A stretch of DNA of 37,109 bases. Origin: Atractiella rhizophila. Taxonomy: Eukaryota. Positions 1 through 11,880 of the stretch are shown here, piece after piece. The position numbers and the translations under genes are program-made. The stretch's first letter is position 1; each line of letters opens with the position of its first letter. The notes beneath the pieces were generated by a model, which saw only the letters and a program-made list of their open reading frames with translations, was not told the origin of the DNA and did no database searches. The stretch spans positions 1 through 37,109 of the forward strand of contig MU271632.1 in the NCBI GenBank assembly GCA_021432655.1, written 5' to 3'.

Positions 1-56
1 AGCTGAAGCGCGCAGGTGGGTTGGTTCCACTCACTCACCTCCTTTGAGTTCCACAT
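1..56 (-). CDS. Probable first exon (MWNSKE) and start of intron 1 of a gene running off the left edge
   Basis: Minus strand ATGTGGAACTCAAAGGAG (56-39) followed by consensus donor GTGAGT; divergent from the gene at 351. Product unknown. Confidence 0.4.
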   Translation of the reverse strand, partial: MWNSKEVSEWNQPTCALQ

Positions 57-350
57 AATTCTTAGTTTTAGAAGAACTACTGCCAGTGGTTTATGATGCC
101 ATTCCTTGAGATTTGTGACCGTCTCTGCAGCAGCTGAGCCGTAGAGGCTTGAACATCCCTACAATTCTCACTTTTAAAATTTGCATTGCATTGTACGTTG
201 CACAACCAACACTTCCGGTGTTTGTACTTCCTTCCGATTGAACATTCATCCGTCCAAAACGTCTCAAAGCACATTGATAAAGCAGAACTTGTTCTGCTTT
301 CTAGGAACCATCACCCTAGGAGGGTAATTTACTGCACTGTTATTGCGTAA

Positions 351-1551
351 ATGGATCGTCTCGCCATCGCTACCTTCGCTGTAGGGCGACCAGAAGTTGG
401 TCATCCGCTGTCTAAACGACTCCAAGTATCTGAATTCTTATAGTCTATGGGATTTATCGTTTGATGAATGTGCATAGGCGATATCAGCCGCTGGGTTTCA
501 CGGCGCTGAAATTCGGATCGAAGACCTCGAGCAAACAGCTGCTATTCGAGCTGGACGAGCCGCGACGGACAGAATAACCAGCTGGAAAGAAGATACGAAA
601 GCTTTCGAGCAGCTGAAGGACGCAGCTATCGAGACGTATAATCAAGCTAGAGGGCTGGGTCTGGAGGTCGTGAGCCTCTGTCCGCTCATGCTTTTCGATG
701 TGCGCTTTCTCTCCGTTTCATGTGCAATGTCCTGTCTGATGTAGAAAATGAATGTAGGGCTTGAAAGATGGCGAATTACGTGCGAAACGTCTAGAAGAAG
801 CGAAGAGATGGGTTGAATTGGCGTCCTTACTTCATGCAAAACACCTTCAGATTCCAGCCAGTTGGCTGCCTTACGAGCAGTTCGATCCATCACTTACGCC
901 GGCAGATTTGGCCGCGTTAGCAGATATCGCCAGGGCACACAATCCACAAGTCGACATCGCTTTCGAGTTTACAGCTTGGAGCACGGAGGTTTACAATGTC
1001 CAAAGGTAACTTTTGATGTTTGTTCTTTCAGCAGTATTGAAGTCGTTCACAGATGCGTCGAGACGGTTCAGACTGCGAGTCGACCAAATATCAGCGTCTG
1101 CCTCGATACGTTCCATATTGGACGTGACCTTCTCGATCCCTTTTCTCCCACCAATCTCCCTCCAGACCATTTATCGATCGCACCCTCCGTTTTATCCTCA
1201 CTTTCTTCTAGCCCGAGCCACTTGTTCAGCCTTTTCCAAATCTCAGACGCACTCCTTCTCAACCCACCGTTCCCGCACCATTCCATCTACTCTGGCCCAG
1301 ATCCCTCTTTCCCTCCTTTCTTACAGTGGTCGAGGAAAGGGAGAATATTCCCGTATGAGAATCCAGACGGGGTGTGCCTCCTCCCTATCGCGACTATGAT
1401 CAAACGGGTACGGGCAGCGGGATTTGAGGGTTGGTGGAGCTTTGAAACCTTTGAGGCGTCTTCTTGGGAGACAGACGACAACACTCCAACCCGAATTTCT
1501 CAAAGAGCTATGAAGAGCTGGAGAAAGCTGCTTGACGAAGCGGCAAAATGA
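351..1551 (+). CDS. qutC: 3-dehydroshikimate dehydratase-like protein (xylose-isomerase-like TIM barrel, QutC/Qa-4 family)
   Basis: Exons 351-425, 478-699, 758-1005, 1053-1551 give MDRLAIATFAVGRPEVGHPLSKRLQAISAAGFHGAEIRIEDL...AFEFTAWST...CLDTFHI...FQISDA...WSRKGRIFP...SFETF, matching recalled family motifs. Confidence 0.8.
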
Positions 1552-1817
1552 AATCGTAATCGATCATCACCACGATAACTTGCTCAGATAATTGGGCCTG
1601 CAGGGTCATTGTTCCCAGTGAATATGACGTTCAGAACGAATCCTCTTCCTACATATTTTGCCTGTTGTCACGTCGCTGTACATCGTTCCAAATTGACCTC
1701 ATTCAGAAATTTTAGTCTACGAGCGCGATTTGAAACTTTCAATCCAACTTGGGGTTGAATGAAATATCTATTGTTAACAGTGCATATTCTATACAGGGGG
1801 AACATGTACTATGTTGG

Positions 1818-2833
1818 TTAGGCGCATCGTCCGCCGTCAATTTCAATGACATTGCCAGTCATGTAACTGGCTTCATCCGATGCAGCGAAGCAGGCAACGT
1901 TCGCCACGTCCGACGGTTCGCAAAGTCGTTTCATCTGTTCCATCATTTTCTAGTTCAGCGACTTTCTATTAGTCAAAGGATGGCGCACAGGGATTGTACT
2001 CAGGAACGGCTTCATCATCTCGTCCGTCACTGGGTCGTTATGACCAAGATTCACAGCAAGCATGCCTGTGTTCCCCATGGAAGGTGCGATTGCGATGGAG
2101 CGAATGTAAGGAGCATACTCCACTGCGAGCGTCTTCGAAATAGCGATCACCGCTGCTTTTGTTGCATTGTCTTTTAATGGGGTGCATCATTATCAGCACC
2201 CGTCAGGGAAAAATTGCTTACTCACAGTATGCAATTTGAGGTTTTGGGCGCAAACCCCCTACGCTTGAAATGTGAATGAAAACCCCCGATTTTTGTTCAA
2301 GCATACTATCTCAGATTTGATTAGCTTGTTTCTCTACCAAGAGAATGAAATTGGACGGCTAACATCGGCGTGCAAGCGGTGACTGAACGATAAATCGACT
2401 TGAGGTTGATGTCCATCAATTTATCATAAAAGGACTCCTCTACCAAGTGAGATGGATGGGCTGTCATGTTGATGCCCGCATTGTTCTGTTCTGCATATTA
2501 ATGTTGCCATTGACAGTGTCAGTAAATGGCGCACCACGACAATATCCAACCTGCCAAAATGTTTCTTTGCAGCTTCGACAGCGTTTTCCCAATCAGTTTT
2601 GACGGTGATACTTCCCGTCAAGCTGATCACCGTCTCTCCCTCTTTCAGGTCTCCCTCACAGGTCAGCTTGGACAAGTCGAGCACTACCACTTTCGCTCCT
2701 TCCGCGACGAACTTCTGTGTTATCGCCAGTCCAAAACCTGGTAATCGGCATCAACTAGGCTCAACCGCGTTTGAGAAGGATTACCGTTACTGCCGCCTGT
2801 GACGAGCGCAACTTTTCCGGCGAGTCTGGTCAT
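1818..2833 (-). CDS. Classical short-chain dehydrogenase/reductase (SDR)
   Basis: Spliced product [19 protein letters not shown] (TGxxxGxG)...GRLDIVVNNAG...ISS...YNATKAA (YxxxK)...[16 protein letters not shown]; multiple GT-AG introns. Confidence 0.92.
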
Positions 2834-3305
2834 CCTGCGTAGCAACCTTTTGATTGCAAGGTTCCAAAAATGAGGGACGCAATAGAGTGAGCTGGGGAAG
2901 CTGAAGTGCTTTTTCAACATTACCAAGTGAAACGATCGGGTTATAAAAGTTTAGAGCAGAGAAATCTCCCGAGACAGGGACGATCCATGCATCCATGAGT
3001 TAGAGTGAGATTGAACGAGAATGAGAAGAGAAGATCGAGATCTCGCAGTCTGACAGAAAAGTGGAGGGACAAAGTTTAGTCGGCGGTCTCGTGCAACTGC
3101 GCTCTAAAAATTCTGCCGCCGTGATTGGATAACAGTTTATGAGTTCGAAATGGCGTCGACGCTTATAAAGGTGTGACCCATTTCATCTCCCAAAATCGGA
3201 GCTTCCCCAGGTTTTCTCAAAGGCGTCGATAATTTAGCACGATCTAGCTGCTTTTCTTTACAGCCAAAACGAGATAGTCTAGCATTTTAAAAGTAGCATC
3301 TTATC

Positions 3306-5629
3306 ATGGGTCTTTGGAGCTTACACGAAGACAAACCAACACCACCACAGGTCTACAACTGGAAGGTAATGCTCTCTATTGCTCTCAAAGAAAGGACACT
3401 GATGGAATCGTTTGCAATTTGGGCAGATTTACTTCTACTCTGCTGGTTCGTCTCTGCGCCGTCTCCTTGCAAGCACTTCTCCTGACCTTTTGAGATAGTC
3501 GCTGGTATGTCGACACTTGATCTCCTAAATATCTACGTATTCTGACAGTAATGGAAAGCCTTTGGTGCTTTCCTTTATGGTATGTCTCGACGCTTTCCGC
3601 CAGCAGATAGAGGCTGACCCTCAGTGGAGGTTACGACAGTGCGTTTATCGGAGGAACGCTAGCATTGGCTTCTTTCAAAGAGGAGTTTGGAATTAACGCT
3701 AAGAACTCTGCCAAGTTGAGTGCCAACATCGTGTCGACTTACCAGGTTGGTTTCCTACGTCTCGCTTGTGCATGAGTTCAGAGCCTGATGCCATTTAGGC
3801 TGGAGCTTTCTTCGGCGCTCTCCTTTCTTTCCCCTTTTGCGAGCGTTTTGGGCGAAAGTGGACAATCCTTCTTGCTGGAGGGGTGTTCACGCTGGGTGCT
3901 TGTCTTCACCTCATCTCGAACTCGAGCACTGGTCTCGCTGGAATCTACGTTGGTAGAGCAATCGGAGGATTGGGTGTCGGAGCTGTCTCGCTCGTCGTAC
4001 CTATCTACATTGCAGAGTGTGTTCCTTTGCCTGAACTTGGCGACTGACCTGCTTATACTCGATTTATAGGATCTCTCCCCCTGCCATTCGTGGACGTCTC
4101 GTCGGTCTCTATGAGGCCCTTCTTCAGATCGGTGGATTGCTTGGCTTTTGGATCAATTACGCTGTTTCAACGACAATGTCACCCTCCAAGACCCAATGGA
4201 CCATTCCTATCGGTAAGCGCACTCCACTTAATTACTCCTGCAAAGTTAAAGTACTTTTTGCACAGCTATCCAGATCATCGTGAGCATCTTGTACTCTGGA
4301 GTTACTCTGGCTCAATCCTATTTGATCTAGCCTGGGGGCCTCGTTGTAATCCTTGGGGTCTTCCTCGTTGAAAGTCCTCGTTGGTTAAGATCTAAAGGAA
4401 GGATTGAACAAGCTGAAAGGACCCTTTCGACCATCCGGAATCTCCCTCAAGGTATGTGTCCCTTCCCTCAGTCCGAGGGGATAGTTCCGACCCGTACATC
4501 GATTAGATCATATATACCTGGTCGAAGAGAATGCTGCTCTCGATGATCAGCTCGCCTACGAACGCGCTAAAACTCATGGCGGAAACCTGATCGCACGACT
4601 CAAGGAGATTGCACTTCCCGGAATCAGGAATCGTTTCACTATCGCATTCATGCTCTTCCTCTTCCAGAATGCCACTGGTATTAATGCTATCAATTACTAC
4701 AGCCCAACTGTAAATATTCATCCATCCCTAGAGTTCCACTTCCTCACATCAACTACAGGTCTTCAGGAGCATCGGGATTACCGGAACAAATACTGGTCTT
4801 CTTACAACTGGCGTCTTTGGATGTGTAAAAAATGTCTGCACATATATCTGGCTGCTTTTCCTCATCGATCGCTTGTGAGAGATTATTCACGTTCCGCATG
4901 CTGTCGATATTGACCCTCATCAGAGGACGACGACTTCTACTGCTGATCGGAGCCGCTGGCGCGTCATTCTGCATGCTCTACATTGGGTCAGTCTCCATTG
5001 CATTCAGAGAACCATATTAAATTAACATCCAGAGGTTACATCGCCATTGGAAAGCCGGAACAGCAATCAGGTATCACATCAGGCGGCATTTCAGCCGTTG
5101 CATTCATTTATATTTGGACGGCATTTTATGGTGGGCAGAAATCCTCAATCATGCCTCTTTCATTTTATCGATGATCCCCTTCCAGGGCCTACGTTTAACG
5201 GAACGCCTTGGGTCATTGCCGCCGAATTGTTCCCTCAGCATACCCGCACTCTGATCCAATCTCTTCTTTCCGCTTCTCAATGGATCTGGCAATTCGTCAT
5301 TGCTCGTGCAACTCCGTAAGCTTTTTTTGTCAGCGCGTTTCACACTACTTGTTCTAACAACGAAAAATCGAAACAGGTACATGTTCGAATCCATGGGATA
5401 CGGCGTGTATTTGTTCTTCGGGTGTTTTACCTTCCTGGCCTTCTGGTATGTGTGGTTCTTCGTTCCTGAGACCAAGGGTCGCTCGCTCGAAGACATGGAT
5501 CGCCTCTTTGGATTCAAGTCATCAGCACCAGGAACACCAGATTTGGAACGTAGGAGCGTCAGAGATGAACCTGTCAAAGATGGACTGTCGAGCATTGACA
5601 GTAAGGAGAAGGACGAGAGACTCGAGTGA
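3306..5629 (+). CDS. qutD: MFS sugar-porter family transporter, quinate permease-like
   Basis: N-terminus [20 protein letters not shown]...[20 protein letters not shown] resembles Qa-y/QutD. Also [45 protein letters not shown]; more than 12 introns including micro-exons. Confidence 0.88.
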
Positions 5630-5946
5630 TTTTATCATTCATCATAATGGGATTTCGGAGAGAGGGTCTTTATCGATGGAGTTTACGACAGGGTATCTGA
5701 TACGATTGCAACGGATGGTCTTGAAAACCTCACACGAGCTCCAGATTTGCCGAGAGTTCACTGAGAGAAAGCATCAACACTTGATAAATATTTCAATCCG
5801 TGACGCAGTGCTACATCAATTAAGCATCGGACAATTAACGTCGGTCACAGCCTAGATTCACAGTAAGCCCAGTGTTACTAAATGTTGACATGACTCAAAG
5901 TGACTCTCTCTTTATTTCTCACTGCTTATAGCAATGTGGCTGACGT

Positions 5947-7140
5947 ATGCAATTTGCGGAAGAAAAAGAAATCGTCACGTTAATGTCGCTCCCTGCCGAA
6001 ATAATCGAGCAAATCATCTCATACTGTTCCTACATGCGTTCACAACGACGGCCATCCCTCATTCAACCACTCTGTTTAGTTAGCAAAGCCTTATACGATT
6101 TTGCTATTAGGGAGCTCTTTGCACACGTTGACCTTTCTTTCAACACGAACCTTCAAGCAACAAAACCTGATCGCATCTCCCAACTTGCTATTCTTCTACA
6201 GGACACACAAAATACTCGGAAGCACGTTCGTTGCCTGTCTTTATCCTTCTCACGATCGCTTTCAGAGGAGGAGAAAACCGTCATTTCATCTTGGAGAAAC
6301 TTATCCGGACTTCATCAGCTTTCTTTATCATTTTTAGGGTCGTCTTCTCTCTTGAGAGACTACAACACAGCCCTTTCTCCAGTTCTTTGCTTCAAACAGT
6401 TGACTGGGTTCACCTACTATCACCCCGACGTCCGGGTATGGGAGATGGAACATTTCGCTTTCCTCGCGTTCTTCTTGCGTCAACTGGAAGGCTTGCAGCA
6501 CCTGAAACTGCATGGCAGGTTTAATTTCCGCGGATCTCAGCTCAATGAAAGCCATCCGGCATACAGGCTAAAAAGTATCGCGTTTCGAACAGTACCGACG
6601 GTGGACAGAACTTCTGCCTTCTCCTGGCTACTTGGGAACTCTATTGCCTCTCGGAGCCTAAAACGCATCGAGTTCCCTCATCAAGCGTCTTCCTTTCCGT
6701 CTATCGAGGAGCTAGAACTTGTGTACCCGGTCGTTTCTGAACTACGAATAAATCTGACGGCGGCGCGGACATACGACTTGCTGCTCCCTTCTTCGGCCTC
6801 AGCTTCACGAAATGGAAATCCTTTCTGGCCACTTCAAAGCATTGAAGTTGTGCTCACCAACTCGACAGACTTTGAATGGTTCATCTCGGTCATCCGACAG
6901 CTTCCCTTCCGTCTGAAAGAGGTGACATTTCTAGCGAATGGACCCTTTGGCAGTCCAACTGACTTCCTCAAATTGCTGAAAACGAAACAGCACTCTTTGA
7001 TGAGCGTGAGGGTAGTCAAATACACTGGAGCGAGGAGAGTAACGCCTGAGGGATTGACCGATGTTATGAAAGCATTTCAGCAAGCAAGAATGTCGTTTCT
7101 ATGGGAATGGGAAGACATTTTCTTGCAGAGGGACATTTGA
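5947..7140 (+). CDS. Intronless F-box-like protein with LRR/RNI-like C-terminal region
   Basis: 397-aa ORF; LMSLPAEIIEQIISY...LCLVSKALYDFAIRELF is an F-box pattern, followed by LxxLxL repeats. Confidence 0.72.
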   Translation: MQFAEEKEIVTLMSLPAEIIEQIISYCSYMRSQRRPSLIQPLCLVSKALYDFAIRELFAHVDLSFNTNLQATKPDRISQLAILLQDTQNTRKHVRCLSLSFSRSLSEEEKTVISSWRNLSGLHQLSLSFLGSSSLLRDYNTALSPVLCFKQLTGFTYYHPDVRVWEMEHFAFLAFFLRQLEGLQHLKLHGRFNFRGSQLNESHPAYRLKSIAFRTVPTVDRTSAFSWLLGNSIASRSLKRIEFPHQASSFPSIEELELVYPVVSELRINLTAARTYDLLLPSSASASRNGNPFWPLQSIEVVLTNSTDFEWFISVIRQLPFRLKEVTFLANGPFGSPTDFLKLLKTKQHSLMSVRVVKYTGARRVTPEGLTDVMKAFQQARMSFLWEWEDIFLQRDI

Positions 7141-7680
7141 AGAGTAGGATGATTCGCAGCTAAAATCTGTCGAACCTGCCTTTGGCATTTGTTAGGCTAT
7201 CAACTATCTTCTACTGAATTGCCATATTAGATATTCTAGATATTCGGGACTGCTCTCCACCTTCGTCACTCCGTAAGGCAGTGGAGGATGTTCCGTGAGC
7301 ACTCTAGCTATGTTACTACCTCCAAGAATTAGCAATAAGCCCAATACGGCAGGGAGCATCCTATGCGGAACTGCTCTATAAAGTTATCACTAACAGAAGT
7401 TATCAGTAAACGGGGATCGATCTCACTACACGCTGACTCATACGTGCATTTTTTGAATGGGAAACAAAGACGTCGCTCAAATTGTTCACACCAATCCATG
7501 TCTAGTTCTTTGCCTCTCATGGATGTGAGAGCTCAGCGCCTCTTCTGACTGCTACGAATCGCGTTGCATTAACCGTAATAGATAGCAACTTGGGTCGCTC
7601 TTGGCTTCTTTCCTTGTCTTTCCTTTCGAGAGCGTACGTCCATCCGTGCGAGACATGGCCTGACGTTTTCGTGGAGCAGA

Positions 7681-8577
7681 ATGCACTCTCCTCGAACTCC
7701 CAGTGGGTTCTTCTCTCGCAAAGAACGACCGACTACTGTGAACATCATCTTCCGATCCAACAAGGAAATAGCCGAAGACCACTACTCTTCCCTTACTGAT
7801 GCTGCCATCTCTGTCCAACCCGCCTGCAGCTTTCGAACGATATTTCACACGCTAGAGGGAAACGGTGCTGTCTTGGACCACCTCGATTTCCTCTACAATG
7901 GAAAGGAGATCAATCTAGATGACACGCCCGAAGGATTGGGAATGAAACAGAATGACAGGTTTCAATCCGGCGCTACCTGGGAAGTCGTCGAGATCGTACC
8001 TTTTGAAGAAGCCCAATACGCGTTCTTCAAGGTTCAACTGCATTGCTTACATCCGGAAAAACTCAATGCTTTAACCGCTGCCAATACAGAGGTCCTCCAC
8101 ATAAGCCAAGATGCAAGTCTGCCTCTGGAAGCGACATTGGACGAGATCTCACGAACAACAAGGATCCATGCAGCTGATCTAACGCTTGTGTGGACGGGAA
8201 TGATCAGGAACTGGCCAATCTCTCCCTCCTATACTCCGCTTCGGCTCAAAATGCCCACATCTTCTCAGTCTTCCGAAGAAGCTCCAACATGGATCGATAT
8301 CACGGTACATGAAACCTTCCAAATCTTCGTCCAAAAAGAGTCAAAGACACACACAGTTAATGTATGGCCATCAGCGACTGTGGAAGAGCTGAAAATAACA
8401 ATCCAGATCAAGATGGGGATCAGAACGTCTTCCCAGCGTTTGCAATTTGGACCAAAAACTCTCTCGGAAGGTCACCGCACGATAGCAGATTATGGAATCA
8501 TGAAGAACGCGACGATTTTTCTTTTCGCAAAGCCCACGAAGGCTAATTCGAATTGTGCGAATTCCGGAAAATGCTGA
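7681..8577 (+). CDS. Intronless multi-ubiquitin-like-domain protein (two SUMO-like folds plus a C-terminal ubiquitin-like fold)
   Basis: FLYNGKEINLDDTPEGLGMKQND (SUMO-like), ISPSYTPLRLKM (degenerate SUMO-like), FQIFVQ...TVEELKITIQIKMGI...QRLQF...RTIADYGIMKNATIFL (ubiquitin-like). Confidence 0.78.
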   Translation: MHSPRTPSGFFSRKERPTTVNIIFRSNKEIAEDHYSSLTDAAISVQPACSFRTIFHTLEGNGAVLDHLDFLYNGKEINLDDTPEGLGMKQNDRFQSGATWEVVEIVPFEEAQYAFFKVQLHCLHPEKLNALTAANTEVLHISQDASLPLEATLDEISRTTRIHAADLTLVWTGMIRNWPISPSYTPLRLKMPTSSQSSEEAPTWIDITVHETFQIFVQKESKTHTVNVWPSATVEELKITIQIKMGIRTSSQRLQFGPKTLSEGHRTIADYGIMKNATIFLFAKPTKANSNCANSGKC

Positions 8578-9076
8578 AGTGACAAAAGTGTATTGTTGTA
8601 TTCATACAAACTCTATGTTCGCACTTTATGAGTTTTACATATCGCAGTTAGTGCTCAAGAATCAGTTCAATCAACTCGTCAACAGTTTCTGACGGTTGAA
8701 CTTCGAGGTGGAAGGACTGTAATGAATCTACCACGAACCGTTTTTTTGTGGCAATTCCTCAGTTGCCATGCCCTGCGTGCCATACCGCTAAGATCAATAA
8801 CCCGCTACAGTATATATCGTTCCTTCGTCGTAGAAAAATGAAAAATGAAAACAATCCACATAGGCATCACGTGACATTTGTTGCACCATGACTGTGACTT
8901 TCACAGTTCCTCCCCCATAATCGACCGATATCGACCAGCCAAGAACTAGCCAAACAAGTGTTCGCCACTTTCTTCTGCCCCTGCCGCCTGCGCCACCACC
9001 TCACTAAGGTCTCTCTCTATTTTTTGAACTTTGGACTTCTGGCGAGGTTTACGAGTGTGTTGAAACAAGGAACAAG

Positions 9077-11618
9077 ATGTCGCGACGAGACGAGATGATG
9101 CGTGTGAGTCCTGCCCCAACTTCCTCAGTTGCCATCGAACTTCGTTCTGTGAAATCTGCATATGATAATATGGACGTCACGGAAATGTGACGTTGTGCTG
9201 TCCTCATCGCTGTGGCTCAATCAATCCTGTTAAGTGGCGTCAACATTTTAGATGTGAATGACTTCCATACTCAGTACGTTGAACGAATTGCGTGTTCAAA
9301 GCACTGCGGTGTACTACGTGACTATTAGGATTGCTTCTCCCCAGTATTCACTCTCCTTGATATTGATTCGGAGAGAAAGAGTTGTCTCGGTGGAAGAAGC
9401 ATACTTGCGTTCCTTTTGTCAGAATCGTCGCGGTAACTCTACTGATGGCACCACTGGCAATGATAGCGCTTGGACGACACCTTATCCACAGTCCAGCAAG
9501 AGTTCAATGCTCTCTCCCGTCCTTCTGCTGGAGAGGTCCCTGCTCCACTCTCCACTCGCTTGGGGAGTGCCTTCCAGCGAATCAGCTCGCAAATTCGCAC
9601 TCCTTCGTCCCCCATATCAACTTCGACATCGCAGTCATTGCGGGAACATCCGCCACGCCGTCCAAGCTCAGTAGCAGGCGATGGACGTCTTTCTGCACCG
9701 GCTGAGTCTGCATCGAATACAGCTACGAAGCCCTCTCCTAACGGAGACGATCTTCCAACCTACACCCGTCACGCGCCTCCCACTCTTCCCGTTCGCCCTC
9801 CGACCTTAGGACAACAAGGACGGCATCACTCTTTCGCTTCGCGGACTGGACGGCTATCTTTGGCAGTGGATTCCGACACGAACCATCGTGCTCCCGTCTT
9901 CTATCTCAACTCGGCGGACTCAAGGGGTGGATTTGTGGTTAGTGGTAGCGTGACATTGGATCTGAGGAGCCCAGAAACAATTGATGCGCTCAAAATCAGA
10001 GTGAAAGGTGTGGTTAAGACGAGCGTTATGGTCCGTCTATATTTTGGCTCTGATGATCTGGCCCTGATGACGCAAGTAGAGAGTGCATGGTGGGTCCGGA
10101 ACGAGGCATCCTATCCTGTGCGCTTTCGCTGCCTGCTCCACATCCAGTAGAACGCGGCCTAACTTCTCTGCAGGGACGAAGTCACCTTCCTCGACCGCGG
10201 TCACACGCTCTTTCATACCGGCGCAACACCTCTGACATATCCACTCGCACCCTCAGGTACTATGCCTCCGGTAGAAAGAACGAACCAGTCTTCCGATCCT
10301 ACCAAGCTACAGGGAACTTTCGTCTTCCCCTTCTCCCTACATGTCAAGAATACTGTCCAGCTTGTGAGACCTGTGCTATACGCGAGAGAAGGGACAGAAT
10401 ATGAGCTCCCACCCTCATTTAGCTTGAGCATGGCGGGGTGGGAACAAGCAAGAGGCTTACAAGCTGTTTGCACTCTCCTTCTAGCCTTCTCCTCTTTCAT
10501 TCAAATTGATTCGGGGTAGATTTCGGAGCGCGCCAGCATACAATATTACATTGTCCGTCCTAGCCAAGATCTTGCTTGAGCTCGAAGCTGAGACCTTGTT
10601 CCAGAAACTGACCCTGAGTCGCCACGGACTCCTACGTCCCAATGACCGTTTGTTTGCGCCCCTTATTGTCCTGCGCAACCATCCAGTACCGCCAATCTCT
10701 CCACCCAAACTATTAACTCTCCGCGAACGAGGGCCTGTGGAGGAACCGACGTGCTGGGCTGGGAGGAAACAGAGGCAAGAAGTGAGAAAAGGCGTGGTTT
10801 TTGGAAGAAGGACGGCGTGGTATGAGGTTATTTTGATGTTGCCGGAACCTGCCATATTCTCAAAAGAGTACGTTGGCTGTTCACTGCGAAATGTCCATAG
10901 TGCTGATATTGATGATGTAGTGCTATCATCCCTTACCGTGTCAGAATTGTGTCTTCCAGCCCCAAAGATACAACTACGTTCCCGCTCAACCAGATTCACG
11001 TCTCGCTCATTCAGCGCGTATGTTTAGCCTCTTATTTTGACCTTTTGCTTGCGCCTATCCTAACTCAATGTTTTGGTTGAAATGGCAGTGCGATATACGA
11101 GCACAAAACGCTCCAGACCACCAGGAAACAGCGGTAGCCATTGGACAGTCAGTTGAAGAAGGTTGGTTTCGCTCCGCCCTTTACCAGCATGGCTCTGGTG
11201 AGATTTTTCGAGTCTTCTGATTTAATAGAATAGGCAACCCAGACGGCGAAGCGATCAACGGACCTGCAATCGCAGATGGTGCTGTGTGGGGGAAGAGAAT
11301 ACGCGGCGAGTTCCACCTCAAAAGCAAGCTTGCGCCGAGCTTCAAAGCGCCGAATCTCATCTGCGATGTGAGTTTGTACCTTCTTCTCTGGCTACAAGGG
11401 CACTGCTGACGAAGTGTATTGGACGATAGTATCTGGTTCGTGTCATCATTTCTTGCCCTGGACCGGGAAACGACACTATCCTCGTCTCCCCCGTCCGGCT
11501 TGTATCGATTGCTCAGGAAGAGGCGGCTGGAGGGACTGGGACAGGAGAGCTGAATATCGACTTGCCGCCAAGTTATTACGAAGTGGTGGAGGCGGATGAC
11601 AGGAGAAAGTCGGGTTAA
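9077..11618 (+). CDS. Alpha-arrestin / arrestin-related trafficking adaptor
   Basis: Exon 1 9077-9103 (MSRRDEMMR) joins 9467 in frame. VSGSVTLDL...IRVKGVV, FVFPFSL...ELPPSF, IQYYIKLTLSRHGLL arrestin-like strands; PY motifs LPTY and LPPSY. Start codon inferred. Confidence 0.75.
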
Positions 11619-11880
11619 TGGTGGACTTGATGGACTGTCTTGAATCAATGTTGTCAAGTGCTGTTTTCTCGTTTCTCATTTCTCCTTTGCCTTGCACCTC
11701 GATCTCTTTCTTTCTGGAAGACTCCTTGTTGTGTCCATAGTGTAATTTACTCTGGGTTCTTGAAACAAATGTATCATTCAGTCAACGTGAACGAACCGAG
11801 GTGAAGCGAGAAAAGTGGACCACCAAACGATAACTTAGTAATCAAATCATCAAACGAAAACTCAACTCTCCTCCAAGCGT

